Origin: Alphaproteobacteria bacterium | GTDB taxonomy: Bacteria; Pseudomonadota; Alphaproteobacteria; GCA-2731375 | Length of the DNA stretch: 64,000 nt | NCBI GenBank assembly: GCA_965232515.1 | Contig: CBDDPY010000002.1 | Coordinates: 1,504,001 to 1,568,000, forward strand | Direction of reading: 5' to 3' | In this document: piece after piece, positions 20,987 through 30,467 of the stretch | Layout: each line of letters starts with the position of its first letter | How positions within the stretch are numbered: the first letter of the stretch is position 1 | The notes under the pieces: model-generated | What the model was told of the DNA's origin: nothing | The model's input: only the letters and a program-made list of their open reading frames with translations | Databases searched by the model: none | Translations under genes and position numbers: made by a program

Positions 20987-21868
20987 ATGACGGACAGCAA
21001 GATCGACGATCGCGTATTCAAGCTTTACGACGACTACTGCCACGGCCGGCTCGACCGGCGGGGCTTTCTCGGCCGGGCCGCGGCCCTGACGGTCGCCGGC
21101 GGCTCGGCACTGGCCATGGCGCAGAGCCTGCTGCCGAACTATGCCAAGGCGCAGACGATCTCGTTCACCGACAAGCGCATCAAGGCGCGCTACGTGACCT
21201 ATCCCTCGCCCGGCGGCACTTCCGGCGAGATGCGCGGCTATCTGGTGCAGCCGGCGGGCGACGGCCCCTTCCCGTCCGTGCTGGTGATCCACGAGAACCG
21301 CGGCCTGAACCCCTATATCGAGGACGTCGCCCGGCGCGCGGCGGTCGCCGGCTTCCTGGCCCTGGCGCCGGACGGGCTGTCGCCGATCGGCGGCTATCCC
21401 GGCAACGACGACGACGGCCGGGCGATGCAGAAGACGCTGGACCAGGCCAAGCTGCGCCAGGACATGGTGAACGGCGCGCGTTATGTGAAGGCGCACACGC
21501 TGTCGACGGGCAGGCTCGGCACGACCGGCTTCTGCTGGGGCGGCGCCGCGACCAACCACGTGGCGGTGACGCTGGGCGGGGATTTGCAGGCGGGCGTGCC
21601 GTTCTACGGCACGGCGCCGGCGACGGCCGACGTGCCGAAGATCCGCGCCGCCATGCTGGTCCACTATGCCGAGGACGACGCGCGGGTGAACGCCACCCGG
21701 GCCGACTACGAGGCGGCGCTGGTCGCCAGCAAGATCACGCACGAGATGCACAGCTATCCCGGCACCCGGCACGGCTTCCACAACAACTCGACGCCCCGCT
21801 ACGACGAAGCGGCGGCGAAGCTCGCCTGGGACCGCACCGTGGCGTTCTTCCAGACCCATTTGGCGTAG
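20987..21868 (+). CDS. Dienelactone hydrolase family protein (YghX-like), Tat signal
   Basis: YDDYCHGRLDRRGFL, HENRGLNP, GFCWGG, HGFHNNSTPRY. Confidence 0.9.
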   Translation: MTDSKIDDRVFKLYDDYCHGRLDRRGFLGRAAALTVAGGSALAMAQSLLPNYAKAQTISFTDKRIKARYVTYPSPGGTSGEMRGYLVQPAGDGPFPSVLVIHENRGLNPYIEDVARRAAVAGFLALAPDGLSPIGGYPGNDDDGRAMQKTLDQAKLRQDMVNGARYVKAHTLSTGRLGTTGFCWGGAATNHVAVTLGGDLQAGVPFYGTAPATADVPKIRAAMLVHYAEDDARVNATRADYEAALVASKITHEMHSYPGTRHGFHNNSTPRYDEAAAKLAWDRTVAFFQTHLA

Positions 21869-21913
21869 AGAGCGGCGGGCCGCGGTTGCGTGGTGATTCA
21901 CTGCGTCACGCAG

Positions 21914-22054
21914 CCCTCACCCTCCCACGCGACTGCCGTCGCGCGGGTCCCTCCGTTGGACGTATACGTCCAACCCCGCAAGCGGGAGAGGGGACAACAA
22001 GCCGCAGTGGTAACGGCCCCCTCTCCCGCGTGCGGGAGAGGGTTGGGGTGAGGG
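21914..22054. repeat. Paired REP-like palindromic element
   Basis: CCCTCACCC...CCCGCAAGCGGGAGAGGG and CCCCTCTCCCGCGTGCGGGAGAGGGTTGGGGTGAGGG in inverted arrangement. Confidence 0.7.
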
Positions 22055-22165
22055 CCGACAGTGCAGCCGTGAAAACTGTTAGCAGCCAATGACACTGTGG
22101 CGGTGGATTGTTCTGGGCTATCTTGCGCGCGGGCGTGCGGGACAAGGGACACGAGGGCTGAAACG

Positions 22166-23281
22166 ATGGCACAGGCTTGGCGCATTCTGATCGACAAGGA
22201 TCACATCGAGCAAGCGGAGCTGGACGAGAGCCAGGCCGGGCCGGCGGCGCTGGCGGGCGGCGGGATTTCGGTGGCGCTGACGCGCTGCGGACTGACCGCG
22301 AACAACGTGACCTACGCGGCGCTGGGCAAATCGTTCAAGGCGGTGAGCGAAGACATTGGCTATTGGGGCTTCTTCCCCTCGGGCCAGGAAGGCCACGGCC
22401 TGCTGCCGGTCTGGGGTTTCGCCACCGTCGAGGAGTCGCGCTCGCCGGAGATCGCCATCGGGGAAGAACTCTATGGCTTCTTTCCGCTCGCCGCCCGCAC
22501 CACGATGACGCCGGCCGGCGTCAGCGCCACCGGCCTGGTCGACGCCAGCACGCACCGCCAGCCGCTCGCCGCCGTTTACAACGGCTATGTGCGGCTCGCC
22601 GGCCTGCCGCCGATCCCGGACGACGAGAAGAACCTGTGGGCCGTCTTTCGGCCGCTGCTGATGACCGGCTACTTCATCGCCGACCAGTTCGAGGACGAGA
22701 GCTTCTACGGCGCCGAACGCATCATCGTCGCCAGCGCGTCCAGCAAGACGGCGCTGATGACCGCTTATTGCTTCCGCCGGCTCGCGAACTGCCCACCGCT
22801 GATCGGTCTCACCTCGAAGGCCAATGTCGGTTACGTGCGCGGCTCGGCGCTCTACGACGACGTCATGACCTATGACGACATCGACGCGGCCGAGAACTCG
22901 ACCCCGGCGGCCTTCATCGACATCGCCGGCAACAGCGACGTCACACGCCGCCTGCACGACCGCCTGAATGACCGGCTGACCTTCAGCCTGCGTGTCGGCA
23001 TGTCGCACTGGCAGGCGACCGGCGGCGAGCCGCCGCGCGCCGGCCCCCGCGTCGCGGGCTTTTTCGCGCCCGAACGCATCAAAAAGCGCAGCGCCGAATG
23101 GGGCGGCGACGGCTTCCGCGAACGGACCACGGCCGCCTGGACCGGCTTCCTGAAGATCGCTCCCAACCTCGCCAGGATCACCACCCTCACCGGCCCCGAC
23201 GCCGCCCGCCACGCCTACCGCACGCTGGTCGCCGGCGATGTCGACCCGAACGAGGCGCTGGTGCTTACGTTTCAATCCTGA
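22166..23281 (+). CDS. DUF2855 family protein
   Basis: GLTANNVTYA, YWGFFP, PVWGFATV, SASSKTA, IGLTS, VGMSHW, FFAP. Confidence 0.8.
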   Translation: MAQAWRILIDKDHIEQAELDESQAGPAALAGGGISVALTRCGLTANNVTYAALGKSFKAVSEDIGYWGFFPSGQEGHGLLPVWGFATVEESRSPEIAIGEELYGFFPLAARTTMTPAGVSATGLVDASTHRQPLAAVYNGYVRLAGLPPIPDDEKNLWAVFRPLLMTGYFIADQFEDESFYGAERIIVASASSKTALMTAYCFRRLANCPPLIGLTSKANVGYVRGSALYDDVMTYDDIDAAENSTPAAFIDIAGNSDVTRRLHDRLNDRLTFSLRVGMSHWQATGGEPPRAGPRVAGFFAPERIKKRSAEWGGDGFRERTTAAWTGFLKIAPNLARITTLTGPDAARHAYRTLVAGDVDPNEALVLTFQS

Positions 23282-23376
23282 TGGTCCGAAATAGTTGAGC
23301 ACACTGTCACCGGAATCCTGTCCGTTCGAACGTGAGCCGTTCTTCGAGATACGGGATTAAGATGGATTGCGGTGGG

Positions 23377-23468
23377 TTATAGTGACAGTTTACGGCGCCC
23401 CCAATAGCAATGGTGGCGCAGGCCGAGTTGGATACTTAAAAAAGGGTTTCAGTAAACTGTCACCGTAA
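23377..23468. repeat. ~92-bp terminal-inverted-repeat element, full copy 1
   Basis: TTATAGTGACAGTTTAC...GTAAACTGTCACCGTAA with internal CCCCAAT..GGCGC..GAGTTGG. A lone end lies at 23301-23316. Confidence 0.8.
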
Positions 23469-23508
23469 TGGATAAAGCAGTGATGCAGAACGCGCTGGAG
23501 GACAAGCG

Positions 23509-23928
23509 ATGAGAGTGGACGGGAACTGCCATTGCGGGAATATCGTTTTCGAAGCGGAAGTCGACCCAAAGAAGGTACAGATTTGCCATTGTCTGGACTG
23601 TCAAACGCTAACCGGATCGGCATTTCGAATCACGGTTCAGGCAAAGCCCGATAGTTTCCGCCTTTTGCAGGGCGATCCGAAAGTCTATTTCAAAACCGCC
23701 GACAGTGGCTCGCGACGGGGACACGCGTTCTGTGGCGACTGTGGTTCTCCAGTGTATCGCCTGCCGACGGACAATAGCCCCAACTACTCCCTCCGGGTCG
23801 GTGGTCTTCATCAAAGGGCGGAGTTTGATCCCCCAGCAAGGCAAATCTGGACCAGCCGCCGGCTCCCGTGGGTTACCGAAATCAATGCAATACGAGAGAT
23901 TAATCCGCCAGTCCAAAGACAAAGCTAA
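23509..23928 (+). CDS. GFA (glutathione-dependent formaldehyde-activating) family protein
   Basis: GNCHCG, CHCLDCQ and FCGDCGSP zinc motifs. Confidence 0.9.
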   Translation: MRVDGNCHCGNIVFEAEVDPKKVQICHCLDCQTLTGSAFRITVQAKPDSFRLLQGDPKVYFKTADSGSRRGHAFCGDCGSPVYRLPTDNSPNYSLRVGGLHQRAEFDPPARQIWTSRRLPWVTEINAIREINPPVQRQS

Positions 23929-24033
23929 TCACGCTCCGTGGATTCGAGCGAGGCGCGGTGCTGACGTTTTAGCTCCGGCCGGTGCGAAACGGCCAAGTCC
24001 CGATGCGCCCGAACCGAAGCGTGATCGTATCGA

Positions 24034-24290
24034 CAGGTTCAGATCATGCCCCCGTAACCAACTTGCACCGAGATAATCCAATTAAAGCAATGACTAACCA
24101 AGGCGGGCCAGGAGCCCGTCTTTTTCGTTCGATCAAGAATCAATGACTTAGCCCGCAAGTTCAAACCACCCCGCAACCAACTCGCTGCCAAGTCTGCCGA
24201 TGAAGCAGAACAGCGAAGCGGTTGGGTTCGACCCACGGCGGTCGTTGAGACTAGGTGACATGAACGGCTGAAGAGCGGACAAAGCAGACA
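24034..24290 (+). repeat. Composite repeat: degenerate tRNA-fMet 3' end, hairpin, second tRNA-like 3' end
   Basis: Colinear and similar to 36320-36590. The segment from 24172 also matches 26915-27000. Confidence 0.75.
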
Positions 24291-24340
24291 ATCTCAAAGT
24301 AGGGCATCTTGCTGATATTCGCCCAAAACGGCCATTCCCC

Positions 24341-24392
24341 TAAAGCCATCCACAATACGCAACGATGTTGTTGCGTATTGTGGATGGCTTTA
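24341..24392. repeat. Perfect 23-bp inverted repeat around a GCAAC-N6-GTTGC core
   Basis: TAAAGCCATCCACAATACGCAAC-gatgtt-GTTGCGTATTGTGGATGGCTTTA. A second GCAAC-N6-GTTGC lies at 24404-24419. Confidence 0.85.
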
Positions 24393-24422
24393 GCTTATGA
24401 AGGGCAACAAAGGAGTTGCACT

Positions 24423-24878
24423 ATGGCTAATTCAGACGACGACAGGATTGTGAAAGTCGTCGAGCTGCGGGCGCCGCTCGCTCGGGTTTGGAAAGCCCTT
24501 ACAGATCATAAGGAGTTCGGGCATTGGTTTCGCGTCGATCTCGATCAGAAGTTTCAGGTTGGCAGGAAGTCAACGGGCCAAATGACTTATCCAGGCCACG
24601 AAGGCGCCCCCTGGGTCGTTTATATCGAACGCATGGAGCCGGAGCGCCTGTTCACCTTTCACTGGTACGATTCCGATGACGGTTCGAAGCAAAATGACGA
24701 TCAGCCGGCCCTGCTGGTCGAGTTTCAGCTGGAAGAAATCCCGAACGGAACGCGCCTGACCATCACTGAGTCGGGGTTCTCCGCACTGCTCCATCCCCGC
24801 AGGATCGAGGTGATGCGAGGCAACCAAGAGGGCTGGAATATTCAGGCGGACAACCTTGCCCGATATTTATCAGCATAA
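24423..24878 (+). CDS. SRPBCC/AHSA1-like protein
   Basis: APLARVWKALTD, PERLFTFHW, GTRLTITESGF, GW. Confidence 0.88.
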   Translation: MANSDDDRIVKVVELRAPLARVWKALTDHKEFGHWFRVDLDQKFQVGRKSTGQMTYPGHEGAPWVVYIERMEPERLFTFHWYDSDDGSKQNDDQPALLVEFQLEEIPNGTRLTITESGFSALLHPRRIEVMRGNQEGWNIQADNLARYLSA

Positions 24879-24900
24879 GGATCAAGAACCGGCTTCAGGC

Positions 24901-25167
24901 ATGGCCGCGGTCTTTGCCGCCCTTGGTGACGACACGCGGCTCGTGATCGTCTCCAAGCTCCAAGACGGGTCCGACCGCTCTATATCCAAACTTACCGAAG
25001 GCCTTTCGCTTACCCGTCAAGGCGTGAGCCGGCATTTGCGTGTTCTCGAAAAAGCCAGGCTTGTTCGCCGCCGTCGCGTTGGACGCGAAACGAGATATCA
25101 GCTTGAAGTCGAGGCGTTGAGCCGAGCAAGAGACTACCTTGCGCGCGCATCCTCGCAATGGTCCTGA
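24901..25167 (+). CDS. ArsR-family regulator, probably C-terminally truncated
   Basis: VFAALGDDTRL, TRQGVSRHLRVLE, GRETRY. Ends abruptly at SSQWS, without the final helix. Confidence 0.75.
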   Translation: MAAVFAALGDDTRLVIVSKLQDGSDRSISKLTEGLSLTRQGVSRHLRVLEKARLVRRRRVGRETRYQLEVEALSRARDYLARASSQWS

Positions 25168-25214
25168 CGTGCCCCCCAGAACTGGTCATTCAGCCTGAGT
25201 GTTCGACTGTTTGA

Positions 25215-25525
25215 GTTTGCCCTTTGCGGGCGCGTTTCCGGTTGAAGTCGTGGAGGTGGAGAAGAACCGCCGCATCATCCTGCAGTGGGCGGCCGACGAC
25301 GGCGCCGATGATCCGGCCGGCGCTTATAGCACGACCGTCACGATGCGGTTCGAGTCGCTGGACGATGGGTGAACGCTCGTCTCCATCGCTGAGGAGGGAT
25401 GGCGCAAGACGGACGTCGGCCTTGAATCTTCCTATGGCAATTGCGGCGGCTGGATGCAGATGCTCTGCGCCATGAAGGCCTGGCTGGAGCATGGGGTGAA
25501 CCTGCGCGAGGGCATGTCCAAGTAA
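25215..25525 (+). pseudogene. SRPBCC-domain gene fragment (5'-truncated, internal stop)
   Basis: AGAFPVEVVEVEKNRRIILQW...TTVTMRFESLDDG*TLVSIAEEGW...GNCGGWMQMLCAMKAWLEHGVNLR. Confidence 0.7.
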
Positions 25526-25562
25526 AGCAGCGCTCGTGGCGAGGCGCTCTTCAATCCCTTTG

Positions 25563-25889
25563 TCAGCGTTTCCGCTTCCCCCTTGCGATCTCTGTGGCGA
25601 GTGCTTCGAACCTCGGTTCCCAGAACCGCCGGAATGGGGCGAGCCAGTGGTCGACTTCTTCAAGGCCTGAGGCGTTGAGGGCGTAGATGCGGCGAGTGCC
25701 CTCCTCGGTCACCGTCGCGAACCCGTTCTCTCGCAACGTCCTGAGATGCTGCGAAACGGCCGGCTGGGTGATCCCGAATTCCCCACCCACGATCTCAACA
25801 ATCGCACCGGAGGAAAGTTCGTGATCGGACAGTAGTTCGAGGATACGCCTGCGCACCGGATCGCCAAGTATATCAAAAGCGTGCATCAC
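25563..25889 (-). CDS. ArsR-family regulator
   Basis: FDILGDPVRRRILELL, ITQPAVSQHLRTLR. Confidence 0.9.
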   Translation of the reverse strand: MMHAFDILGDPVRRRILELLSDHELSSGAIVEIVGGEFGITQPAVSQHLRTLRENGFATVTEEGTRRIYALNASGLEEVDHWLAPFRRFWEPRFEALATEIARGKRKR

Positions 25890-26527
25890 TCGCCCACATA
25901 AGCCGCACCCGTGCGCGCCGCCATGGCGCGCGCGACGTCGGGTGCTTCACCCGCCGCGATGTGCGCTGCCCCCCAAGCGTCAGCGCAGGCGTGCATGAAC
26001 GCCTTGCCCGCATCCGAAGCCATCCAGGCATCGTTGGCTTCGCGGTCGATCGGCGCGCCGCCGCTGTCCAGGTGAAGGGCCAGGCCGAGGAACGACAGGT
26101 CCCAGCCGACGCCGGTCGCGCCGGGGCCGAATTGCGTCCAGTGCTCTTCGCCGACTTCGTCCTTCAACATTGTATGTTCAAGCGTCAGGCGCGTGCCGTC
26201 CCCGTCAGACGCGAGCCGGATGGTCACCCAGCTCACATGCCCGCCGAATTCCCAGGTCGCGTCCAGCGCCTCGGGTGGGTCGCATCGGGTAATCTCACCT
26301 GCGGCATTGCCCTCCAACTGATATCGGCCGCCGAGCCGGAGATCCCCTGTGATCGGCAGGAACCAGCGAGGAAGGCGTTCGATATTGGTCAGCGCGTCCC
26401 AAAGGTCGTCCGGATCGGTGGCGTAGGTGCGCGCGCCCCTCACGACACGAACTGGTTTGCCGTCATGTGTGGCACCCCTAACCTCACGAAACTCGATGCC
26501 GAGCGCGTCGCTGTAGTCCATTGCCAT
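25886..26527 (-). CDS. SRPBCC/AHSA1-like protein
   Basis: DLWDALT, RWFLPITGDLRLGGRYQLEGNA, GPGATGVGWD; overlaps the ArsR start. Confidence 0.88.
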   Translation of the reverse strand: MAMDYSDALGIEFREVRGATHDGKPVRVVRGARTYATDPDDLWDALTNIERLPRWFLPITGDLRLGGRYQLEGNAAGEITRCDPPEALDATWEFGGHVSWVTIRLASDGDGTRLTLEHTMLKDEVGEEHWTQFGPGATGVGWDLSFLGLALHLDSGGAPIDREANDAWMASDAGKAFMHACADAWGAAHIAAGEAPDVARAMAARTGAAYVGE

Positions 26528-26655
26528 GTTTCGACTCCTAGCATAAGGCTGGACTAATATAAATTATCACTTATATCAAGTTGATCGACGACAGCCCTGT
26601 TGGGATTGCGGCTAGACATTACCGATCGCTAGCGGACGCGCCACCGACCGATATG

Positions 26656-26705
26656 GGCCAGAGAACGAACCGCTCTCTCCCGCGAGAGCGGTTCGTTCTC
26701 TGGCC
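26656..26705. repeat. Perfect 22-bp hairpin
   Basis: GGCCAGAGAACGAACCGCTCTC-tcccgc-GAGAGCGGTTCGTTCTCTGGCC. Confidence 0.85.
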
Positions 26706-26902
26706 GATTGCAGCCGTTGCAATACTGACATTGTGATTGTGGGCCAGTCTACTCGTCCGAAGGCGTCCTATGGACGATCTTGGACCACTATGCCGCAGCT
26801 TGGAAAAGACCCTGCTGATTTCGGTGGTTGCGTGCCCTTGCAACCATTCCTCAATCACCTTTTTTACTTGGAGCCCTTCCACCCGAGTGAGTCTATGAAA
26901 TA

Positions 26903-26923
26903 CAAATCCTGCCCCCGCAACCA
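26903..26923 (+). repeat. tRNA-fMet 3'-end fragment (att-like)
   Basis: CAAATCCTGCCCCCGCAACCA; no tRNA 5' half upstream. Confidence 0.75.
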
Positions 26924-27014
26924 GCATGCATCCAGATCGGCCGATGAAGCAGAACAAACAAGCAGCCGGGTTCGGGCGGAAGCGGCCGGTAGGCGGACCA
27001 GGCGGGCTTTCGGC

Positions 27015-27554
27015 CTAGGAGACAATCGCCGAAACGGCTCGATTGATTTGCGCGCCCAATTCGACGGCTTGATAGGTTGGCCGCAGCGGTCGCAGCGAGA
27101 CATCGACGTGGCGTCGAACGCACGCGTGGTCTTCGAGCTGTTGAAGCGACGTCGACAATGCGCGATCCGTGATTGGCACAAGATCGGCTTTGATCTCCCT
27201 GAACCGTCGGGGCGCCCCGGTAACGGCGAGTATGGGTAGGGTCCAGGCGCGGCGGAGCAAGGCGGCCTCAGGCTTTTCCTTCACGGTATCAATGAGCTGA
27301 CCGGCGACGAGCGCGATATCGCGCCCCTTGGCGGTCAGCCGGTACTCCGGGCGAAGCGGGTGACCGTGCCCGGGATTTCTTTCCAGCAGGCCCAGCCGGA
27401 TCAGATGCTCCAGGCTCGCTTTGAAGGCCGTCCGGGTGGCGCCGGTCGCAGCCAACAACGGCGCCTGCCGGCCCGGCATCCCGGCGCCGAGAAGCGCCAG
27501 AATGTCCAGCGACCAGGCCCTAGACGCGAGCTTGACAAGCATCTCTATGTCCAT
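27015..27554 (-). CDS. HxlR-type winged-helix regulator (tandem wHTH)
   Basis: Two WSL/WTL-wHTH halves; RNPGHGHPLRPEYRLT, ITDRALSTSL. Confidence 0.8.
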   Translation of the reverse strand: MDIEMLVKLASRAWSLDILALLGAGMPGRQAPLLAATGATRTAFKASLEHLIRLGLLERNPGHGHPLRPEYRLTAKGRDIALVAGQLIDTVKEKPEAALLRRAWTLPILAVTGAPRRFREIKADLVPITDRALSTSLQQLEDHACVRRHVDVSLRPLRPTYQAVELGAQINRAVSAIVS

Positions 27555-27593
27555 AAAGTATAGTAACTAAAATTTTGATCGAGGGGAAGCGCG

Positions 27594-27971
27594 ATGCCTG
27601 TCGCCACGCTGGATAACACCATAACGCTTGCACTGTCGGTCCGCGATCGTCGCCTGAGCGCGCAGTGGTACAGCGATAATCTGGGCTTTGCGCTGGTGCA
27701 TCACATCGACGATGCGGGGTGGACCGAGCTGCAGACCAAGACGGAAGGCGTCACCCTGGGTTTGGGCGAGCAGACCGAACCGACACCGGGCAACACCGTG
27801 CCTGTGTTCGGCGTCGCGGACATTGCAACCGCGCGCGCGAATCTCGAGGCGGCCGGCGTGAGGTTCGATGGCGAAACCGAAACCATTGAAGGCATGGTCA
27901 GCACCGCCACGTTTTATGATCCCGACGGAAATGCGCTGATGCTGGCGCAGGATCTTTCCGGTGGCGGATAG
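27594..27971 (+). CDS. VOC/glyoxalase family protein
   Basis: WYSDNLGF, PVFGVADI, TFYDPDGNALML. Confidence 0.88.
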   Translation: MPVATLDNTITLALSVRDRRLSAQWYSDNLGFALVHHIDDAGWTELQTKTEGVTLGLGEQTEPTPGNTVPVFGVADIATARANLEAAGVRFDGETETIEGMVSTATFYDPDGNALMLAQDLSGGG

Positions 27972-28065
27972 CGCTTGGGATCGAGAGACCGCTCCCCTGC
28001 CCGGCTGAGATAAATTGGACTCCGCCAAGCTAGCCGCCGTGCCCTGCCGAACGTCGATGATTAAT

Positions 28066-28111
28066 CGGAATTGGGTTTGGAAGTGAGGATTTCGTAAACT
28101 GTCACCGTAAT
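28066..28111. repeat. Half copy of the TIR element
   Basis: GATTTCGTAAACTGTCACCGTAAT. Confidence 0.75.
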
Positions 28112-28133
28112 CCCAGGTCGGCAATCCGGGCGT

Positions 28134-28784
28134 TCAAGCCGCGCGGCGCGCTCGCATCGCGGCGAGCGCGCCAAGCCCGGAGATCAGCAACCACACGCCT
28201 GCCGGCAGCGGGATCGGCGTGACGCCGAGCGTCAGCGTGTAGTCGTAACCGTAATCCCGCACGCCGGGACCGATCGAGCCTGCACCGAGCCCGACTTGTG
28301 CGCGATAGAGACCAGCGCCGAGGCCGAGTTCCGCCTCGGGTATCGCGAGCGACAGCGGCAAACTCACAGGAGGGTCGTTGGTGCTGAAAACCAGGGTGGA
28401 CGGCGTTCCCGCGATCCCATCGTCGGTTACGCCCGTTCTGACCTCCGTACTCGCATCGAAGGCCAAGCTGACCGTGCTGTCGGAGTTGTTGAAGAAAGAG
28501 GTCACGGTCAGCATCACGCTGCTAAGTTGAAGATTGGGCTGGATAGTGAACAGAAACCGGTCATCGTCGACGACAAGTGCGAATGACGAAAAACTGAGAA
28601 AGAACGATGTCGTTCCCGTGAAAACATTGTCGCCCAAGCCAAGCACGAATGGCGGCAGGCTGAGATCGAGATCGCCGTCGATGGCCTCGTCGTAGGTGAT
28701 CGGCGCCGCCTTCGCGGGCGCGGCGTGGCCGGCCATGGCCAGCAGAGCCAGGCCAGGCATGCCCTTGGTCAGTCGTCGAAACAT
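28134..28784 (-). CDS. VPLPA/PEP-CTERM surface protein, family C copy 1
   Basis: Leader MFRRLTKGMPGLALLA...AKAAPIT; C-terminus IPLPAGVWLLISGLGALAAMRARRAA. Confidence 0.85.
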   Translation of the reverse strand: MFRRLTKGMPGLALLAMAGHAAPAKAAPITYDEAIDGDLDLSLPPFVLGLGDNVFTGTTSFFLSFSSFALVVDDDRFLFTIQPNLQLSSVMLTVTSFFNNSDSTVSLAFDASTEVRTGVTDDGIAGTPSTLVFSTNDPPVSLPLSLAIPEAELGLGAGLYRAQVGLGAGSIGPGVRDYGYDYTLTLGVTPIPLPAGVWLLISGLGALAAMRARRAA

Positions 28785-28796
28785 GCCGCTCTAGCC

Positions 28797-28827
28797 ATTT
28801 GGGGATTAAGTAAACTGTCACCGTAAT
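28797..28827 (-). repeat. Left half of the TIR element, directly upstream of the family C gene
   Basis: Minus strand reads ATTACGGTGACAGTTTACTTAATCCCCAAAT. Confidence 0.8.
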
Positions 28828-28841
28828 TCCGGCGCGGCGCG

Positions 28842-29444
28842 TCACGCGGTCACGCGCACGCGCTTTGCCAAGGCAGAAGCGCCCAGTGCGCCGAGACCGG
28901 TAAGGAAGAGCGAGATAGAGGCGGGCAGCGGAATGGATGTTGGCGGCGATGCGATCCCGACCAGCACATTTGAGCCCGGCGCATAGTTAAACCTAGCGAA
29001 GTCACCGATCCTGTGGATTGGCGAGCCTCCGGAAATGCTACGAAATTCCCACCGAAAGGAGCTGTCGTTGTCGTCGATAATGGTAAAGCGCCCGCCACTG
29101 CCGAAGCTCATGAAAAGCGCCGTACCGGTTGCCGTCAATGCGTAGTCGCCGCGAATATCGATCGTCGAGTTTGCCGGGGTTAGCGTTGTGACAAAATTGA
29201 AGGGTGCGCCGTTGACCGCGCCGACAGCGTCGAGTGTCAGACTGTAATCGAGGATCTGCGCGGCAGAAGAAATGGTTCCGATGTCCTCAATCTCAAAAAG
29301 CCCCTCCATCGATGCACGCGGGCAACCCGTCTGGCAGGCGATGCCGCTTGTGTTGGAAAAGGCGGCATAGGTAATCGCTTTGGCCGCAACCGGGTGTAAG
29401 AGGCCAAGCGTGAGCGCAAGGACGGCAAGAATTCGAGGTTCCAT
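28842..29444 (-). CDS. VPLPA-CTERM surface protein, family B copy 1
   Basis: Leader MEPRILAVLALTLGLLHPVAAKA; C-terminus IPLPASISLFLTGLGALG. Alternative start at 29501. Confidence 0.85.
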   Translation of the reverse strand: MEPRILAVLALTLGLLHPVAAKAITYAAFSNTSGIACQTGCPRASMEGLFEIEDIGTISSAAQILDYSLTLDAVGAVNGAPFNFVTTLTPANSTIDIRGDYALTATGTALFMSFGSGGRFTIIDDNDSSFRWEFRSISGGSPIHRIGDFARFNYAPGSNVLVGIASPPTSIPLPASISLFLTGLGALGASALAKRVRVTA

Positions 29445-29497
29445 GGGTGGTTTCTTTCTCAAGTTGTGCGACGCAAGCCGCGGTACAAACAACTTGC

Positions 29498-30154
29498 TCA
29501 TGACATCTTCCAGGGGCCGATGCGGCGGCGCCGGGCGAGAGCAAGTCCGGCAAGGCCGCTGAGAACGAGGGCGAGACTGCCCGGACCGGTCACTTCCTGC
29601 GTTTCGGCCGTGATCGTGATGGGGCCCAGCGCCTCTTCGATGGCCAGCACGCCCACGAAACTTCCACGAGGAAACGACACCGGCCCGAACCGCGGGCTGA
29701 GGATTACCGTGAACGGGTCGGGGCCGCTTAGAGACAACAAGCCGTCCGTGGGCTGTCCGGTACCCAACACCGCATCCGTGATGGCAACGGCTGGATCGAT
29801 GAAGCTGAACTCGAGGTTAATGCTGATGGGGAGAGGGAGACCACTCGTTCCAATTCGCAGGTCGAACGGGTTTACGGGCCGCAGGGCGACGACGCCGGAC
29901 GGGTCAAAATCGATGTTCAAAAGGCCTGTTGCGCTGCCCAGCGTCACCTCGACCTGAAACTCGTCGCCCGCGCCAATCGTCGCGGTATCCGAGACCGGCG
30001 CAACGGATGCAAGGGTCGTCGGGCTTCCAAAAACGGATGTCGCGCTTGCCGACAGCGAGACCTCAAATCCGGTGAAATCCAGGATTGGCGCGGACTGGGC
30101 CGCCGTCGGAAGGCTCATTGCAAGTGCCAACGCCGCAATGGCTCTGATGAACAT
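29498..30154 (-). CDS. PEP-CTERM-like surface protein, family A (only intact copy)
   Basis: Signal peptide MFIRAIAALALAMSLPTAAQSA; C-terminus VTGPGSLALVLSGLAGLALARRRR. Confidence 0.82.
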   Translation of the reverse strand: MFIRAIAALALAMSLPTAAQSAPILDFTGFEVSLSASATSVFGSPTTLASVAPVSDTATIGAGDEFQVEVTLGSATGLLNIDFDPSGVVALRPVNPFDLRIGTSGLPLPISINLEFSFIDPAVAITDAVLGTGQPTDGLLSLSGPDPFTVILSPRFGPVSFPRGSFVGVLAIEEALGPITITAETQEVTGPGSLALVLSGLAGLALARRRRIGPWKMS

Positions 30155-30467
30155 GGTTTACTCCCTTACCGACTCGTCCGCACGGCCAAGCGTGTTCGGC
30201 GCTCTCGCGTTCGTAGCAGCTTTCAAAAAGGAGTTCATTGCACCAGCGTCCCAATCTGCATGGCGCCGATTGACCCGTGCCCCTTCGCTGGCCGGCGCGA
30301 GGCCGTGGATCGCAGACAGGGATGTCGTTCGCCGTCCAGCGAGGGGCCCGCGACATCGGTCGTTCGTGTCAAAAAGTGGGAAACGCCACGCATTTTGAGA
30401 CGCTGGTGCAACGAACTCTGTCGCGCGATGGGCTAATATTGGCCGCTTAGTTTGCGCGTGGGGAACA

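Noticed and set aside
26733-26900. Possible small ORF between the hairpin and the tRNA fragment
   Set aside because: No RBS or motif; probably decayed mobile-element sequence.
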